A DNA stretch of 64,000 bases from Candidatus Poribacteria bacterium (GTDB lineage: Bacteria; Poribacteria; WGA-4E; PCPOR2b): NCBI GenBank assembly GCA_965218095.1, contig OZ244587.1, positions 2,569,694 to 2,633,693 on the forward strand, given 5' to 3'. Shown in pieces: positions 51,541 to 61,250 of this stretch. Made by a program: the position numbers and the translations under genes. The notes beneath the pieces were generated by a model. That model was not told where the DNA came from, ran no database searches, and saw only the letters and a list, made by a program, of their open reading frames with translations. How positions within the stretch are numbered: position 1 is the first letter of the stretch; each line of letters begins with the position of its first letter.

Positions 51541-52182
51541 TTATTCAAGAATCACTTTTCTAAATGTTAGCGATACCCTACGCTGCCTCTCATACGTTTG
51601 ACCAGTCCATGTATCGGATTTTCTGGGGGCGATACCGTGCAACCATCCATACCTAGCTTCATCTTTCAACACAATAATACTTCTTGGTGCAAGCCAGACA
51701 GGAATCTTTTTTGCCTTGTCCCGTTTGTTTGTAAAATCCATAATACAACCTGAACCCAAACTCAAAGAGACAATCATATTCGCAAAACAAGGTTCGCAAT
51801 CAATGTGACTGGAAATCCCTTGCCCTGGCTCGTACTCATTGACAATAACCTGATCTGGTTCTGCTGCCATGTAATCATCTTCGTACAGTTTTCGACCAAG
51901 TTTTTGCAGCCACTCTGGTAACTGACCAATACGCATATCATGATTGACCTTCCGCGCTTTATAGTCGTACTTGAAACCATAATGCTGAACACGCCGCTTT
52001 AGATCTTCGAGCCATTGGTGTTTGTCAATCTGATCTAACAACCAATTATGCTCGCTTTTATCAATGTAGTCTTCTATGTATTTGAATCCTCTGATTGCAT
52101 CAATAACTTCCTTATTGTTTGGAGAAGGTTGTGGCAGAGGAGATTGTTGGTCAGTAAGGGTAAAGAGGTCTAGTTGTGCCAT
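51541..52182 (-). CDS. AlkB-like 2OG-Fe(II) dioxygenase
   Basis: The facial triad is HxD...H, read as NEYEPGQGISSHIDCE...WLHGI with RVSLTFR. The gene is AT-rich (~41% GC) relative to its surroundings. Confidence 0.6.
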   Translation of the reverse strand: MAQLDLFTLTDQQSPLPQPSPNNKEVIDAIRGFKYIEDYIDKSEHNWLLDQIDKHQWLEDLKRRVQHYGFKYDYKARKVNHDMRIGQLPEWLQKLGRKLYEDDYMAAEPDQVIVNEYEPGQGISSHIDCEPCFANMIVSLSLGSGCIMDFTNKRDKAKKIPVWLAPRSIIVLKDEARYGWLHGIAPRKSDTWTGQTYERQRRVSLTFRKVILE

Positions 52183-52206
52183 TGGTCTGCCCTCCTTAAG
52201 TCGATT

Positions 52207-53085
52207 TTATCCGTTGAAAAGTATATCATAGTAAACATTGGCATTTCGAGGTAAACTAGTTGTTAGACTATCATAACGAAACCGCTGGATATTTGATTGG
52301 GTTACTACACTTCTGAATCCCGAAAGGTTAGCTTTGAGGGTTTCCCAATTTGCGCGCAGTGATGAGGAATTGGGATTCTGATACACTATGCACATATTAT
52401 GTTTACTATATTTTTCCATAACCTGAACTATTACATCAGATAAGTCATTGATGTTTAACGTCCGGCTTGCAAGGAAGTAGCAGAAGTTAAAGATAATCGG
52501 TATCTTATCATCCCATGTTAGAGAAGTATCCAATAGCTCAGTCAATTGGCTGTAGTCGCTAATTGTTTCAAATCTGCTAAAGAAGGAACTTCCATATTGA
52601 TTAGGACCATATTGGTCGATTTCCTGTGCCTTATTACGCATTGCTCGTGAATACTCAACTCCTAAATAAATGCTGTTGAGCATCCTTGCAAAAGTCCAAA
52701 ACGCAATACCTGAAGTTAATGGCCCACACCCAAAGTCAATAAAAACAATTTTATTGATTACCGATATGAAGTGAGTTCTAAAGAACCATGCATGAAGACG
52801 AAATATATGATAAGAGCTGACAAGGTGCATAGGCATATAATGAGCGCAATAAATTAACACCTTATCTTCTGGAGTAAGTCCATTAAAGGGCTCATCAATA
52901 TTGGTTCTCCCTCGGTCCAGGATGATTTCTCTATGGTAGGTTTCACTTCTATTTTTCACCTCGTTTTGCCATGCTTGCGTCGGCGGATGATTGTTAATTG
53001 GCTGTTTGACCAGATTTTCAAACAATCCGCTTAGACTTCCACTGAACGCATATCTATTGCCTGAATAGTTTTGTATGTAGCGCAT
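52207..53085 (-). CDS. Hypothetical Rossmann/methyltransferase-like protein encoded in an AT-rich island
   Basis: IVFIDFGCGPLTSGIAFW resembles SAM-binding motif I. It is ~38% GC against ~52% for the window, and lies 24 nt from the alkB-like gene. Confidence 0.4.
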   Translation of the reverse strand: MRYIQNYSGNRYAFSGSLSGLFENLVKQPINNHPPTQAWQNEVKNRSETYHREIILDRGRTNIDEPFNGLTPEDKVLIYCAHYMPMHLVSSYHIFRLHAWFFRTHFISVINKIVFIDFGCGPLTSGIAFWTFARMLNSIYLGVEYSRAMRNKAQEIDQYGPNQYGSSFFSRFETISDYSQLTELLDTSLTWDDKIPIIFNFCYFLASRTLNINDLSDVIVQVMEKYSKHNMCIVYQNPNSSSLRANWETLKANLSGFRSVVTQSNIQRFRYDSLTTSLPRNANVYYDILFNG

Positions 53086-53110
53086 GTTTTGGACTTATCC
53101 TCTACCTTAC

Positions 53111-54538
53111 TTAAGGTTGCCTGTTTTGCGTCAACTGCTCCAATAAATTCTCCAATCCCGGACTCAAAACAACAGGATATTTTTCCGCTTCTGTCAACCT
53201 TTTATAGGGTTCAGGCAATTTCGCTAGCTCAGCCTTCGCTTTTACCTGCATTTCCGCTGAGTCAGGGAATGAATAGACTAACTCTCCCTTACGAACCACC
53301 GGCACTAGCAGCGGCTCGCTTCCCTGCAAATCTTCATCCCAGAGGCTGATCACATCTTTAATGTAGTTTCCGTCAGCATCGCATAAGCGATGGAGCTGCT
53401 TCCTACCCGGAAGGGTTGATTTGCTTGTGTCTTCGCTTAATTTCATCGTGCTGGTCGCTTCCTTGCCCTCGATCCGCTCGACATGCTTGTAGACGCCAGG
53501 CAGCGCAGATGGACCGCCTTCACCCGTCAGCGAATTAAAATTCGCCCCCGTCGCCAAACGGGTACCGACGCCAAAGCCGTCAATCGGGGCGCCTGCTTGT
53601 AGTAATCGATCAATCTGAAATTCGTCGAGATCGTTGCTGGCAAAAATTTCGACGTCGTTGAATCCCGCCTCATCAAAGATCTCTCTCGCTGCCTTGCTGA
53701 GTGTGAGCAGATCGCCGCTGTCAAGCCGAACCCCTCTCAGCTGTTCGCCCCTTGCCTGCATCTCTACCCCAACGATGCAGGCGTTTTTTGCTCCCTGAAT
53801 CGTGTCATAGGTGTCAATTAGCAAGAGGGTGTTATAGGGAAAAGATTGGGCATAATCGCGAAACGCCTCTAACTCGGACGGGCGGTCCAGAATGAATTTG
53901 TGCGCGATTGTCCCGACGTAAGGGATATTGAAGTATTGCCCGGCGATCACCAGGGACGTCCCAGCGGCGCCACCGACGAATGACGCCCGTGCTGCCAAGA
54001 TGCCGGCATCTCGCCCATGCGCCCTTCGCGCCCCGAAATCGAAGCAGGTTCGTCCGCGCGCCGCATGAACGATTCGCGCCATCTTCGTGGCAATCAATGT
54101 CTGGAAATTCATCACACTAAGAAGATAGGTCTCGAAGAACTGCACGTCGATCGATCGACCCTTAACGTTGATCAGCGGCTCGTTGGCGAATACGGGTGTC
54201 CCTTCAGGTACTGCGGAGACATCACCATCAAATTTGAACTCGCTCAGGTAATCGAGGAAATCATCGCTCATATCCGGCGTTGCCTTGCTTTCCTTCAACC
54301 ACCTCAAATCTGCATCCGTAAAGCGCAGGTTCAAGATGTAGTGGATAACCTGCTCTAATCCTGCCACTATCAGATACTCCCCCTGCGGGATGGAGCGGAC
54401 AAAGTAGTTCTCAGTGCAGATTGCGTTGTTCCCACTGTCAAAATCCGCCTTGCCCATCGTGAACTCGTAATAGTCCGTGAACAACGCCATATTCGATTCG
54501 GTGAGGAGTCCGGATTGGGGTGCTTTCGCCATAGTCAT
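53111..54538 (-). CDS. pncB: Nicotinate phosphoribosyltransferase
   Basis: The N-terminus is LFTDYYEFTMGKADF. The core contains FGARRAHG and GTRLATG. The likely start is MTMAKAP at 54538. The listed ORF extends to 54682. Confidence 0.8.
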   Translation of the reverse strand: MTMAKAPQSGLLTESNMALFTDYYEFTMGKADFDSGNNAICTENYFVRSIPQGEYLIVAGLEQVIHYILNLRFTDADLRWLKESKATPDMSDDFLDYLSEFKFDGDVSAVPEGTPVFANEPLINVKGRSIDVQFFETYLLSVMNFQTLIATKMARIVHAARGRTCFDFGARRAHGRDAGILAARASFVGGAAGTSLVIAGQYFNIPYVGTIAHKFILDRPSELEAFRDYAQSFPYNTLLLIDTYDTIQGAKNACIVGVEMQARGEQLRGVRLDSGDLLTLSKAAREIFDEAGFNDVEIFASNDLDEFQIDRLLQAGAPIDGFGVGTRLATGANFNSLTGEGGPSALPGVYKHVERIEGKEATSTMKLSEDTSKSTLPGRKQLHRLCDADGNYIKDVISLWDEDLQGSEPLLVPVVRKGELVYSFPDSAEMQVKAKAELAKLPEPYKRLTEAEKYPVVLSPGLENLLEQLTQNRQP

Positions 54539-54694
54539 TGTGCCTTTTTTGCAAAAAATACGAGTTTTTTCACTTGTGGGTGAAGTAAAATATGTCCGAT
54601 TTTCGGACGAGCACTGCCAGTTGAGATGAGCGAAATCCCGCGTAGCGGGGCTTGTTTTTAAGGACATGCACCCCCTGAACAAGTAAGTCCGTCC

Positions 54695-54940
54695 TCAAAT
54701 CATCTCATAACGAATATCAATGCTCATTCTACCCTCCAAGGCTTCGGTGAGTATTGTAAGCAATTCCTCATCACAACCGTTCTCTGCGAGGAAACCCAGG
54801 GTCTCTGCGTCAATATAATAATCCTGATCCTCGACGCCTTCCTCCTCAAGGTTATCAATGAGAAGCTGCACTTGATCTTCGGTAATCATCCCGAGTCTCT
54901 GGTCATTTTCGAGGTCTATTAGTCTATACATTTGGTTCAT
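54695..54940 (-). CDS. Small acidic helical protein of unknown function, directly upstream of pncB
   Basis: The 81-aa ORF reads LIDLENDQRLGMITEDQVQLLIDNLEEEGVEDQDYYIDAE. No family is recognised. Confidence 0.35.
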   Translation of the reverse strand: MNQMYRLIDLENDQRLGMITEDQVQLLIDNLEEEGVEDQDYYIDAETLGFLAENGCDEELLTILTEALEGRMSIDIRYEMI

Positions 54941-55297
54941 ATGAACTCATTGCGGGTAGTTTCTTGGAAGTCTAATAGAGCGAAGGGAAGCATCTCTTCT
55001 TAAGGTGCAAGAGATGCTTCCCTTCGTTGAGGCTGACGGGAGAAGCGCGCGTTTTACTCGCTATAAGTTCTATTATCTCCAAAAGTTTACATTTCGCCCA
55101 AAAAATGCGGCATAAATCTGTGCGCCTCAAATGCTTTATTATTATGGAAAGCTGACATTACTTACCTCAAGTTGATTGTCACGTTAATAATGTACCTCGA
55201 TTTGGTCAGACTTGCAACCCTATTTTTTACTTGACACGATCGCAGATTTCAGTCAAAATAGAATTCCGTTATCTTACCAGAAAGGCGGTCTATAACA

Positions 55298-56143
55298 ATG
55301 AGTGAGCAACTCTTTATCAGTCACACCTTTACGGAACCCGGTGGTTTCACGTCCGGTATTGAAGGACCTGCTTGCGATGCTGAGGGCAATCTCTATGCCG
55401 TCAACTACGCACGTCAGCACACAATTGGGAAGGTCACCCCGGAAGGGCAATGCAGTGTATTCGTCGAACTCCCTAACGGCAGCATCGGGAACGGTATTCG
55501 TTTCAACAGTGCAGGTTTCATGCTCATCGCCAACTACACGAACCACAATATCCTCAAGGTCGATATGAATACGCGAGAAATCCGCGTTTATGCGCACGAG
55601 TCAACCATGAACCAGCCGAACGATATTGCCATCGGCGCCAACGATATCGTCTACGCCAGCGATCCGGATTGGGCTGAGTCCACGGGGCAGATTTGGCGTA
55701 TCGACACCGATGGGAAAGTCACTCGCCTCGAAGCGGATATGGGAACGACTAACGGCATCGAAGTTAGCCCCGATGAGCGCACCCTCTACGTCAATGAGAC
55801 CATGCAGCGCAACATCTGGGCTTATGATCTGTCTGCTACAGGAGAAGTCAGCAATAAGCGTTTGCTGATTCAGTTCCCCGATTTTAGTATGGACGGTATG
55901 CGCTGCGATATTCAAGGCAATCTCTATGTGACGCGCCACGAGAAAGGCACCGTGGCCAAGGTTTCCCCGCAGGGTGAGGTGATTCTGGAAGTTGAACTTG
56001 GCGGAAAGCGTTGTACCAACCTTGCTTTCGGTGGACCCGATGGTCGCACCTGCTATGTGACCATCGCAGATCGGGGGAATGTCGAATATTTCCGCACAGA
56101 TCTACCAGGTCGAAGTTGGCAGCTTTTCAAGGAGGTTAAATGA
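55298..56143 (+). CDS. SMP-30/gluconolactonase/LRE-family beta-propeller hydrolase
   Basis: The motifs EGPACDAEGNLY, NGIRF and TNGIEVSPDERTLYV are SGL-domain. Confidence 0.8.
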   Translation: MSEQLFISHTFTEPGGFTSGIEGPACDAEGNLYAVNYARQHTIGKVTPEGQCSVFVELPNGSIGNGIRFNSAGFMLIANYTNHNILKVDMNTREIRVYAHESTMNQPNDIAIGANDIVYASDPDWAESTGQIWRIDTDGKVTRLEADMGTTNGIEVSPDERTLYVNETMQRNIWAYDLSATGEVSNKRLLIQFPDFSMDGMRCDIQGNLYVTRHEKGTVAKVSPQGEVILEVELGGKRCTNLAFGGPDGRTCYVTIADRGNVEYFRTDLPGRSWQLFKEVK

Positions 56144-56751
56144 TAGGTTATTCAAGGATATCCGGTATCGTCCTGTTGATGCTGCTGAGTATCAACCCAG
56201 GGCTTATCGCGAAGGAAGGCGACGAGTTAATTGGGAAACCTGCTCCGGAATGGGGGGTGCTGGAGTGGATGAATTCACAGCCGCTCAAGCTGAAAGAGTT
56301 AGAGGACAAAGTGGTTCTCATTCGTTGGTGGACGGAGACATGCCCATTTTGTACCCGTAGCGCACCCGCGCTGAACGAATTTCACGACACCTTCGAGGAC
56401 AAGGGTTTGGTCGTGATTGGGATGTACCATCCGAAACCGCCCGGTCCGCGTCGTCAAAAAGTGCGCGAGCAGGCGGTGAAGCGACTCGGCTTTGAATTCC
56501 CGATTGCGCTGGATATGGGTTGGAAAACGTTGATACGTTATTGGCTGGCTGATTACAGACACCGATGGACCTCAGTCAGCTTTCTCGTCGATAAGCGGGG
56601 AAAGATTCGCTATATCCATCCGGGCGGTGAGTATTACAAAGGAGAGGGCGAAACACGGACGGAAGCCCAACGGGATTATCACGAGTTGAAAGCGATGATT
56701 GAAAAACTCATCGCGGAACCTTCTCAGTCCAAAGCTGAATCGTCGGATTAG
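56140..56751 (+). CDS. TlpA/redoxin-like thiol-disulfide oxidoreductase (secreted)
   Basis: It has a signal peptide and the active site WWTETCPFCTRS (CxxC). It overlaps the upstream stop (ATGA). Confidence 0.75.
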   Translation: MIGYSRISGIVLLMLLSINPGLIAKEGDELIGKPAPEWGVLEWMNSQPLKLKELEDKVVLIRWWTETCPFCTRSAPALNEFHDTFEDKGLVVIGMYHPKPPGPRRQKVREQAVKRLGFEFPIALDMGWKTLIRYWLADYRHRWTSVSFLVDKRGKIRYIHPGGEYYKGEGETRTEAQRDYHELKAMIEKLIAEPSQSKAESSD

Positions 56752-56895
56752 TGGATTGAACCTTGGTCAGCGGAAAGCGTGCACCATCGGACGGAGGCTG
56801 ACCTTCCGCCGACGGTTCATCATCTATGTCGTAACAATGGACGGCAAAACGATGGAGATTGTCAACTTTGAACAGGTAGGGATGCAGTGCACAGT

Positions 56896-58959
56896 TTACT
56901 TATCCAGCGAAAGCCGGAATACCCCCTCTGCCGCTGTGCCGATGTAGAGTGTTGTCCCATCAAGTGCAAGTAACCTGACAATGCGTTGCATCGGAGCAAC
57001 CCGCTCCCACGAATCCGATTCCTGCGCCAAGCGGAAGATCCCACGAGAGCTGGTCCCATAGAGCGTTGTGCCATCGACAAGCTGCATCTCAATGTCGCCA
57101 TCGGATAATCCGGCGACGATTGACGTCCATGTTTCGCCGCCATCTGTCGAGCGAAAAACCCCATCTCGCGGCCCGGCGACATAAATCGTCCTGCCGACGA
57201 AGGCCAAATCATGAGTACCGGTTTGCTGCTCCCAATTTCGCATGTTTTTTCTCACATCCGTCCACGAATCGCCTTCGTCAAACGAGCGGAACAGTTTCCC
57301 ATTATTTGCGCTAACGTAGACGGTTTTACCTGACACAGCCAACGTTCCCCATTGCAAATCCTTCAGTCCGAGGTCTGTCCACAGGTCCTCCCCGACTTTC
57401 CACCGATAGAGCCATTGTCCCTGCCCCATTTGCGCGATGACGTAGAAGGTCTCTCCGGCGTCCACCAATTGATCAACGGTATACATCCTGTTCTTAGCTG
57501 ATTGCATTTTCGTCTGAATTGGCATCCATGAGTTTCCGTCGTCTGCCAAGCAATAAATTCCAGAAGTTGATGGGTTCCACCTGTAGTTGGTTTCGTTCGT
57601 CCCTGCATAGAGTTTTCCTCCCGAAACTGTCAGCGTCGCCCCATTACTGGCAACCAATCCATCATTCACCGCCACCCACGAATTCCCACCATCCGCTGAT
57701 TTGACGATACCATCGCCTGTTATAGTATAGAGTGCGTTTCTGAAAAATACCAAGCTATCAATCCAAGTATTGATGATGCCGGTGTTGATTTTCGTCCACG
57801 ATTCTCCACCATCCATCGAGCGGAAAACTCCATCGTCGGTGGCGACGTAAAGCGTCTTCTCAGATAAGGTCGCTATGGAGAGGGGGGTTTGATTGGTCAA
57901 ACCGGTGTTAAACATCGTCCATGAGTTACCGGCATCAGTTGAGCGAAACACCCGACCATCGGGCGAACCTGAGCCGATGTAGAAGACCGTGTTTCCCACC
58001 GCCGCCAATTCGCCGCTGAAATGCTGCATCAATTCGGACTTAATTGACCTCCAGAAATTGCCTGTATCCGTTGAGCGGAAAAGTCCACCGTCCGCCGTGG
58101 CTGCATAGAGGCTGTTTTCAGAGATAGCGAATGAGACGATTTTTTTAGATACGGCGGTGAGTTTTGTCCATGCAGATACAACGGTAAGTTTTGTCCATGA
58201 ATTCTCGCCGGCTTTGAGGCGGAACATGCTGTGGGGAGTTTTTGCGAAAAGCGTCCTTCCACTCACCATCAAGCGTCGAATATCTCGGTAGATTAATCCG
58301 TCGTTGATTGGCGTCCACGATTCGCCGTCATCATCCGAGCGAAAGACACCCTTTTCAGGTCTTCCAATGTAAAGCGTATCGCCGATGAACGCCACTGCAT
58401 CAATCCCTCGATCCTTCCTGATCCACGTCAACTGCTGCCACGAGTCGCCGCCGTTGGTCAAGTAGAAAAGGTCGCCGCCTGTGCCGGCATAGAGGGTGTT
58501 TCCCTTTTGCGCCAACGCGAAGACGGTGGGAAGCATGTTGTTCTCATAGACCCGCAAACCGTTGTTGGCGTGCACCCACGTTTCACCGCCATCCGTTGAG
58601 CGGAAGATACCACCTTCTACTGCTCCGGCAAAGAGTATTCCTTCCGGCGTCGCGTGCAGGGCCATAATTGCTCCACCGTAAGGTCCGTTGGTCTGCGTCC
58701 AGCCAATTTTATCCGATTCTATATCGTTCTGTGAATCCGACGTAGCCTCCCAAACCGAACCATCTTCCCGATTTCCATTTCCCGCCGCTCCTGCATTCGA
58801 CGCCCCTGCCCGATTGACCTTCGAGAACTTCGCTACCGGCATTTCAATTATCGGTGCATCAACGATTTCAACCATCGTCGCCGATTCGGGCGCATCAAGG
58901 CTGTAAGGCAACTGAAATCTTGCAGTCTTAACCCCCAAGCCGACAAGCAACGTGACCAC
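56896..58959 (-). CDS. BNR/Asp-box repeat beta-propeller protein (Ycf48/VPS10-like), signal-anchored
   Basis: It has many DGG.SW and DGG.TW repeats, an N-terminal hydrophobic anchor after a GTG start, and it overlaps the 3' end of the ECF sigma ORF. Confidence 0.7.
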   Translation of the reverse strand: MVTLLVGLGVKTARFQLPYSLDAPESATMVEIVDAPIIEMPVAKFSKVNRAGASNAGAAGNGNREDGSVWEATSDSQNDIESDKIGWTQTNGPYGGAIMALHATPEGILFAGAVEGGIFRSTDGGETWVHANNGLRVYENNMLPTVFALAQKGNTLYAGTGGDLFYLTNGGDSWQQLTWIRKDRGIDAVAFIGDTLYIGRPEKGVFRSDDDGESWTPINDGLIYRDIRRLMVSGRTLFAKTPHSMFRLKAGENSWTKLTVVSAWTKLTAVSKKIVSFAISENSLYAATADGGLFRSTDTGNFWRSIKSELMQHFSGELAAVGNTVFYIGSGSPDGRVFRSTDAGNSWTMFNTGLTNQTPLSIATLSEKTLYVATDDGVFRSMDGGESWTKINTGIINTWIDSLVFFRNALYTITGDGIVKSADGGNSWVAVNDGLVASNGATLTVSGGKLYAGTNETNYRWNPSTSGIYCLADDGNSWMPIQTKMQSAKNRMYTVDQLVDAGETFYVIAQMGQGQWLYRWKVGEDLWTDLGLKDLQWGTLAVSGKTVYVSANNGKLFRSFDEGDSWTDVRKNMRNWEQQTGTHDLAFVGRTIYVAGPRDGVFRSTDGGETWTSIVAGLSDGDIEMQLVDGTTLYGTSSRGIFRLAQESDSWERVAPMQRIVRLLALDGTTLYIGTAAEGVFRLSLDK

Positions 58960-59598
58960 GGCACAAGTGGTTTGCTCGTTGGCCCAGAAGTCAACGGGAC
59001 GTTGAGGATTCGGCGCATAATCTCTTGCGTCAAAGCCGGTGGAAGTTGGAAGCCTCCCAAGGTTTCTTCAATCATCGTCAATTCCTCCTTCAAGCGAATT
59101 CGGGCGCGATAGAGTCGATCTCTGATGGCGCCACATGACGTACCGATGAACCGTCCAATCTCGTCGCAGGTCATCCCCGCCATGTAGTAAAGTGTCAAGA
59201 CGGTTCGTTCACTTTCGGGGAGACTTTCGAGCGCATTGTGAATCTCCTCACGCACACGCGCATCAGCATACTTCGCCCATGACTGCGCGTTCATCTCCCC
59301 CTTGACCCTATCGAATGATTCAGTTCGTAGGCGATTTTGCCGAAGCCAAGAGATACAGCACCGTGCGGCAATCACGTAGAGCCAGCCGGGGAAGTGTACC
59401 GGATCTTTGAGCGTCGATAATTTCTGGTATGCCTTGAGATAAGGTGTCCTGCGTGATTTCTTCGGCGGTGTGGAAATCGCCGAGTTTGCGGCAAGCCAGG
59501 GCGTGGACAGATCCTTTGTACTTATCCACCAGAAAACCGAAAGCGGATTCGTCGCCCGCCAATGTGCGTTGAATCAATCCAGCGTCATGAAGTGCCAT
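58848..59598 (-). pseudogene. ECF-type sigma-70 factor with a single frameshift between regions 2 and 4
   Basis: Region 2, ...FGFLVDKYKGSVHALACRKLGDFHTAEEITQDTL, is in one frame. ...YLKAYQKLSTLKDPVHFPGWLYVIAARCCISWLRQ and region 4, LPESERTVLTLYYMAGMTCDEIGRFIGTSCGAIRDRLYRAR, are in another. The shift is near 59436-59446. Confidence 0.6.
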
Positions 59599-59890
59599 TT
59601 TCTATCTCCCGGTGTCATCATCAAGATTCAGGATACATTTGCATCCCCGCGTATCAAGACCTCGCTACGATAGAGCAAGTACGGAACACAGATCTGCGTT
59701 CCCTAATCATGTCTTTCTGTTTATAATGACGCACATTTGCAACAGATCATCAGATGGCCGATCCGTTTTTTGATCTTGATTTCCATTTGACTTGATGCTA
59801 AACTGAGAACCAAAAATTTCACATAAATATTTCCATCGGAGTAAATTTTCGGCTCTCGTGACGAAAAGACTCAGCGAGGAGGAGGAGCCC

Positions 59891-61135
59891 ATGAGCAAAT
59901 TAGCGATTCAGGGCGGCGACAAAGCCATCACTTTAGACCAAAGTGAGGCTTCGCAGTGGCCCATTATTGATGACGAGGTCACCGCAGCCGTCGTCAACCA
60001 ATTGCAAAGTGGGGAGATCTCGTTTTCAGATACCATCTACAAATTCGAGGAGGAGTTTGCCGCTTATCACGGCGTCAAGTATGCCCTGGCGCACAACAAC
60101 GGGACCGCTTCGATTCATGGGGCACTGTTCGGGATTGGGGTTGGGCCGGGTGATGAAGTCATCACCCCTGCTGCAACGTTTTGGGGGACGTATATGCCCA
60201 TCCTCTCCTGTCAGGCGATTCCGGTTTTCTGCGATATTGACCCGTTCACCGGCTGCGCTGACCCAGAAGATATCAAGCGACGAATCTCTCCCTACACGAA
60301 AGCAATCATTGTCGTCCATCTCGGCGGGATGCCAGCGGAGATGGACGACATTATGGAAATCGCAAAGTGTCACAATATCTTCGTGCTTGAAGACTGTTCG
60401 CACGCTCACGGCGCGACCTACAAAGGCAAAAAGGTTGGGACAATCGGAGATGTAGGATGTTTCAGCATGCAAGCGGGAAAACTCTTGCCGAGCGGCGAAG
60501 GTGGGGTGATGATTACGGATAATCTGGAGTATTCCGAGCGGGCAATCTGCCTCGGACACTACGAACGCATTCGCGATCTTCCCGACGAGAAATATCGCAA
60601 GTATGCCAAGACCTGCTTTGGATACAAATACCGCATCGCCCCAATTTCCGCCGCCATTGCTCGTGTCCAACTACGGCATCTTGATGAGCGTAACAAATGC
60701 CGGGACGACAGCGTGATGTACCTGATGGACGGCATTGCAGAGTGTCCGGGAATCTATCCGATCAAGCCTTCGGCCGATAGCTTCCGCGGGTATTACAGTC
60801 GCCCCTACGTCCGCTATGTCCCTGAAGAACTCGGCGGATTGCCGAAAGAGAAATTCATCGAAGCGTTGCAGGCAGAAGGCGCAAACGTGAATAGCGGTGC
60901 ACCGGGAGGCAGCGACCACCTGTCAGCGGTGTTCCAGGAACGGAATCACCCAGCTTTCACTCGCCCTGAAAATAAACGGGAAGTGAAATATCAGAAAGGA
61001 GACCTGCCCGTTTCTGAGAACCCACGTGAAGATCTGTTCACCATTCCGGTCTTCCCCAGAACCGGCAAGGCGCTGTTAGACCAGTACATCGAAGCCTTTG
61101 GGAAGGTTGCGACCCATGTTGCGGAACTCGTTTGA
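59891..61135 (+). CDS. DegT/DnrJ/EryC1/StrS-family PLP-dependent aminotransferase
   Basis: It has a GAGGAGGAGG RBS and the PLP-lysine region FSMQAGKLLPSGEGGVMIT. The ORF is 415 aa from ATG 59891. Confidence 0.8.
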   Translation: MSKLAIQGGDKAITLDQSEASQWPIIDDEVTAAVVNQLQSGEISFSDTIYKFEEEFAAYHGVKYALAHNNGTASIHGALFGIGVGPGDEVITPAATFWGTYMPILSCQAIPVFCDIDPFTGCADPEDIKRRISPYTKAIIVVHLGGMPAEMDDIMEIAKCHNIFVLEDCSHAHGATYKGKKVGTIGDVGCFSMQAGKLLPSGEGGVMITDNLEYSERAICLGHYERIRDLPDEKYRKYAKTCFGYKYRIAPISAAIARVQLRHLDERNKCRDDSVMYLMDGIAECPGIYPIKPSADSFRGYYSRPYVRYVPEELGGLPKEKFIEALQAEGANVNSGAPGGSDHLSAVFQERNHPAFTRPENKREVKYQKGDLPVSENPREDLFTIPVFPRTGKALLDQYIEAFGKVATHVAELV

Positions 61136-61147
61136 AAATGAGAAAGA

Positions 61148-61212
61148 GCGTAAAACCTGAAACGTAAAACGTGAATTTCTTACGTTTTACGCATTACGTT
61201 TTACGTTTCGTG
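61148..61212. repeat. Cluster of direct and inverted ACGTAAAACG repeats forming a hairpin between convergent genes
   Basis: The sequence is GCGTAAAACCTGAAACGTAAAACGTGAATTTCTTACGTTTTACGCATTACGTTTTACGTTTCG. It probably acts as a bidirectional terminator. Confidence 0.45.
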
Positions 61213-61250
61213 ATTTCTCGATTGCCTGCAATTAGCAGTACATCAGTCCA

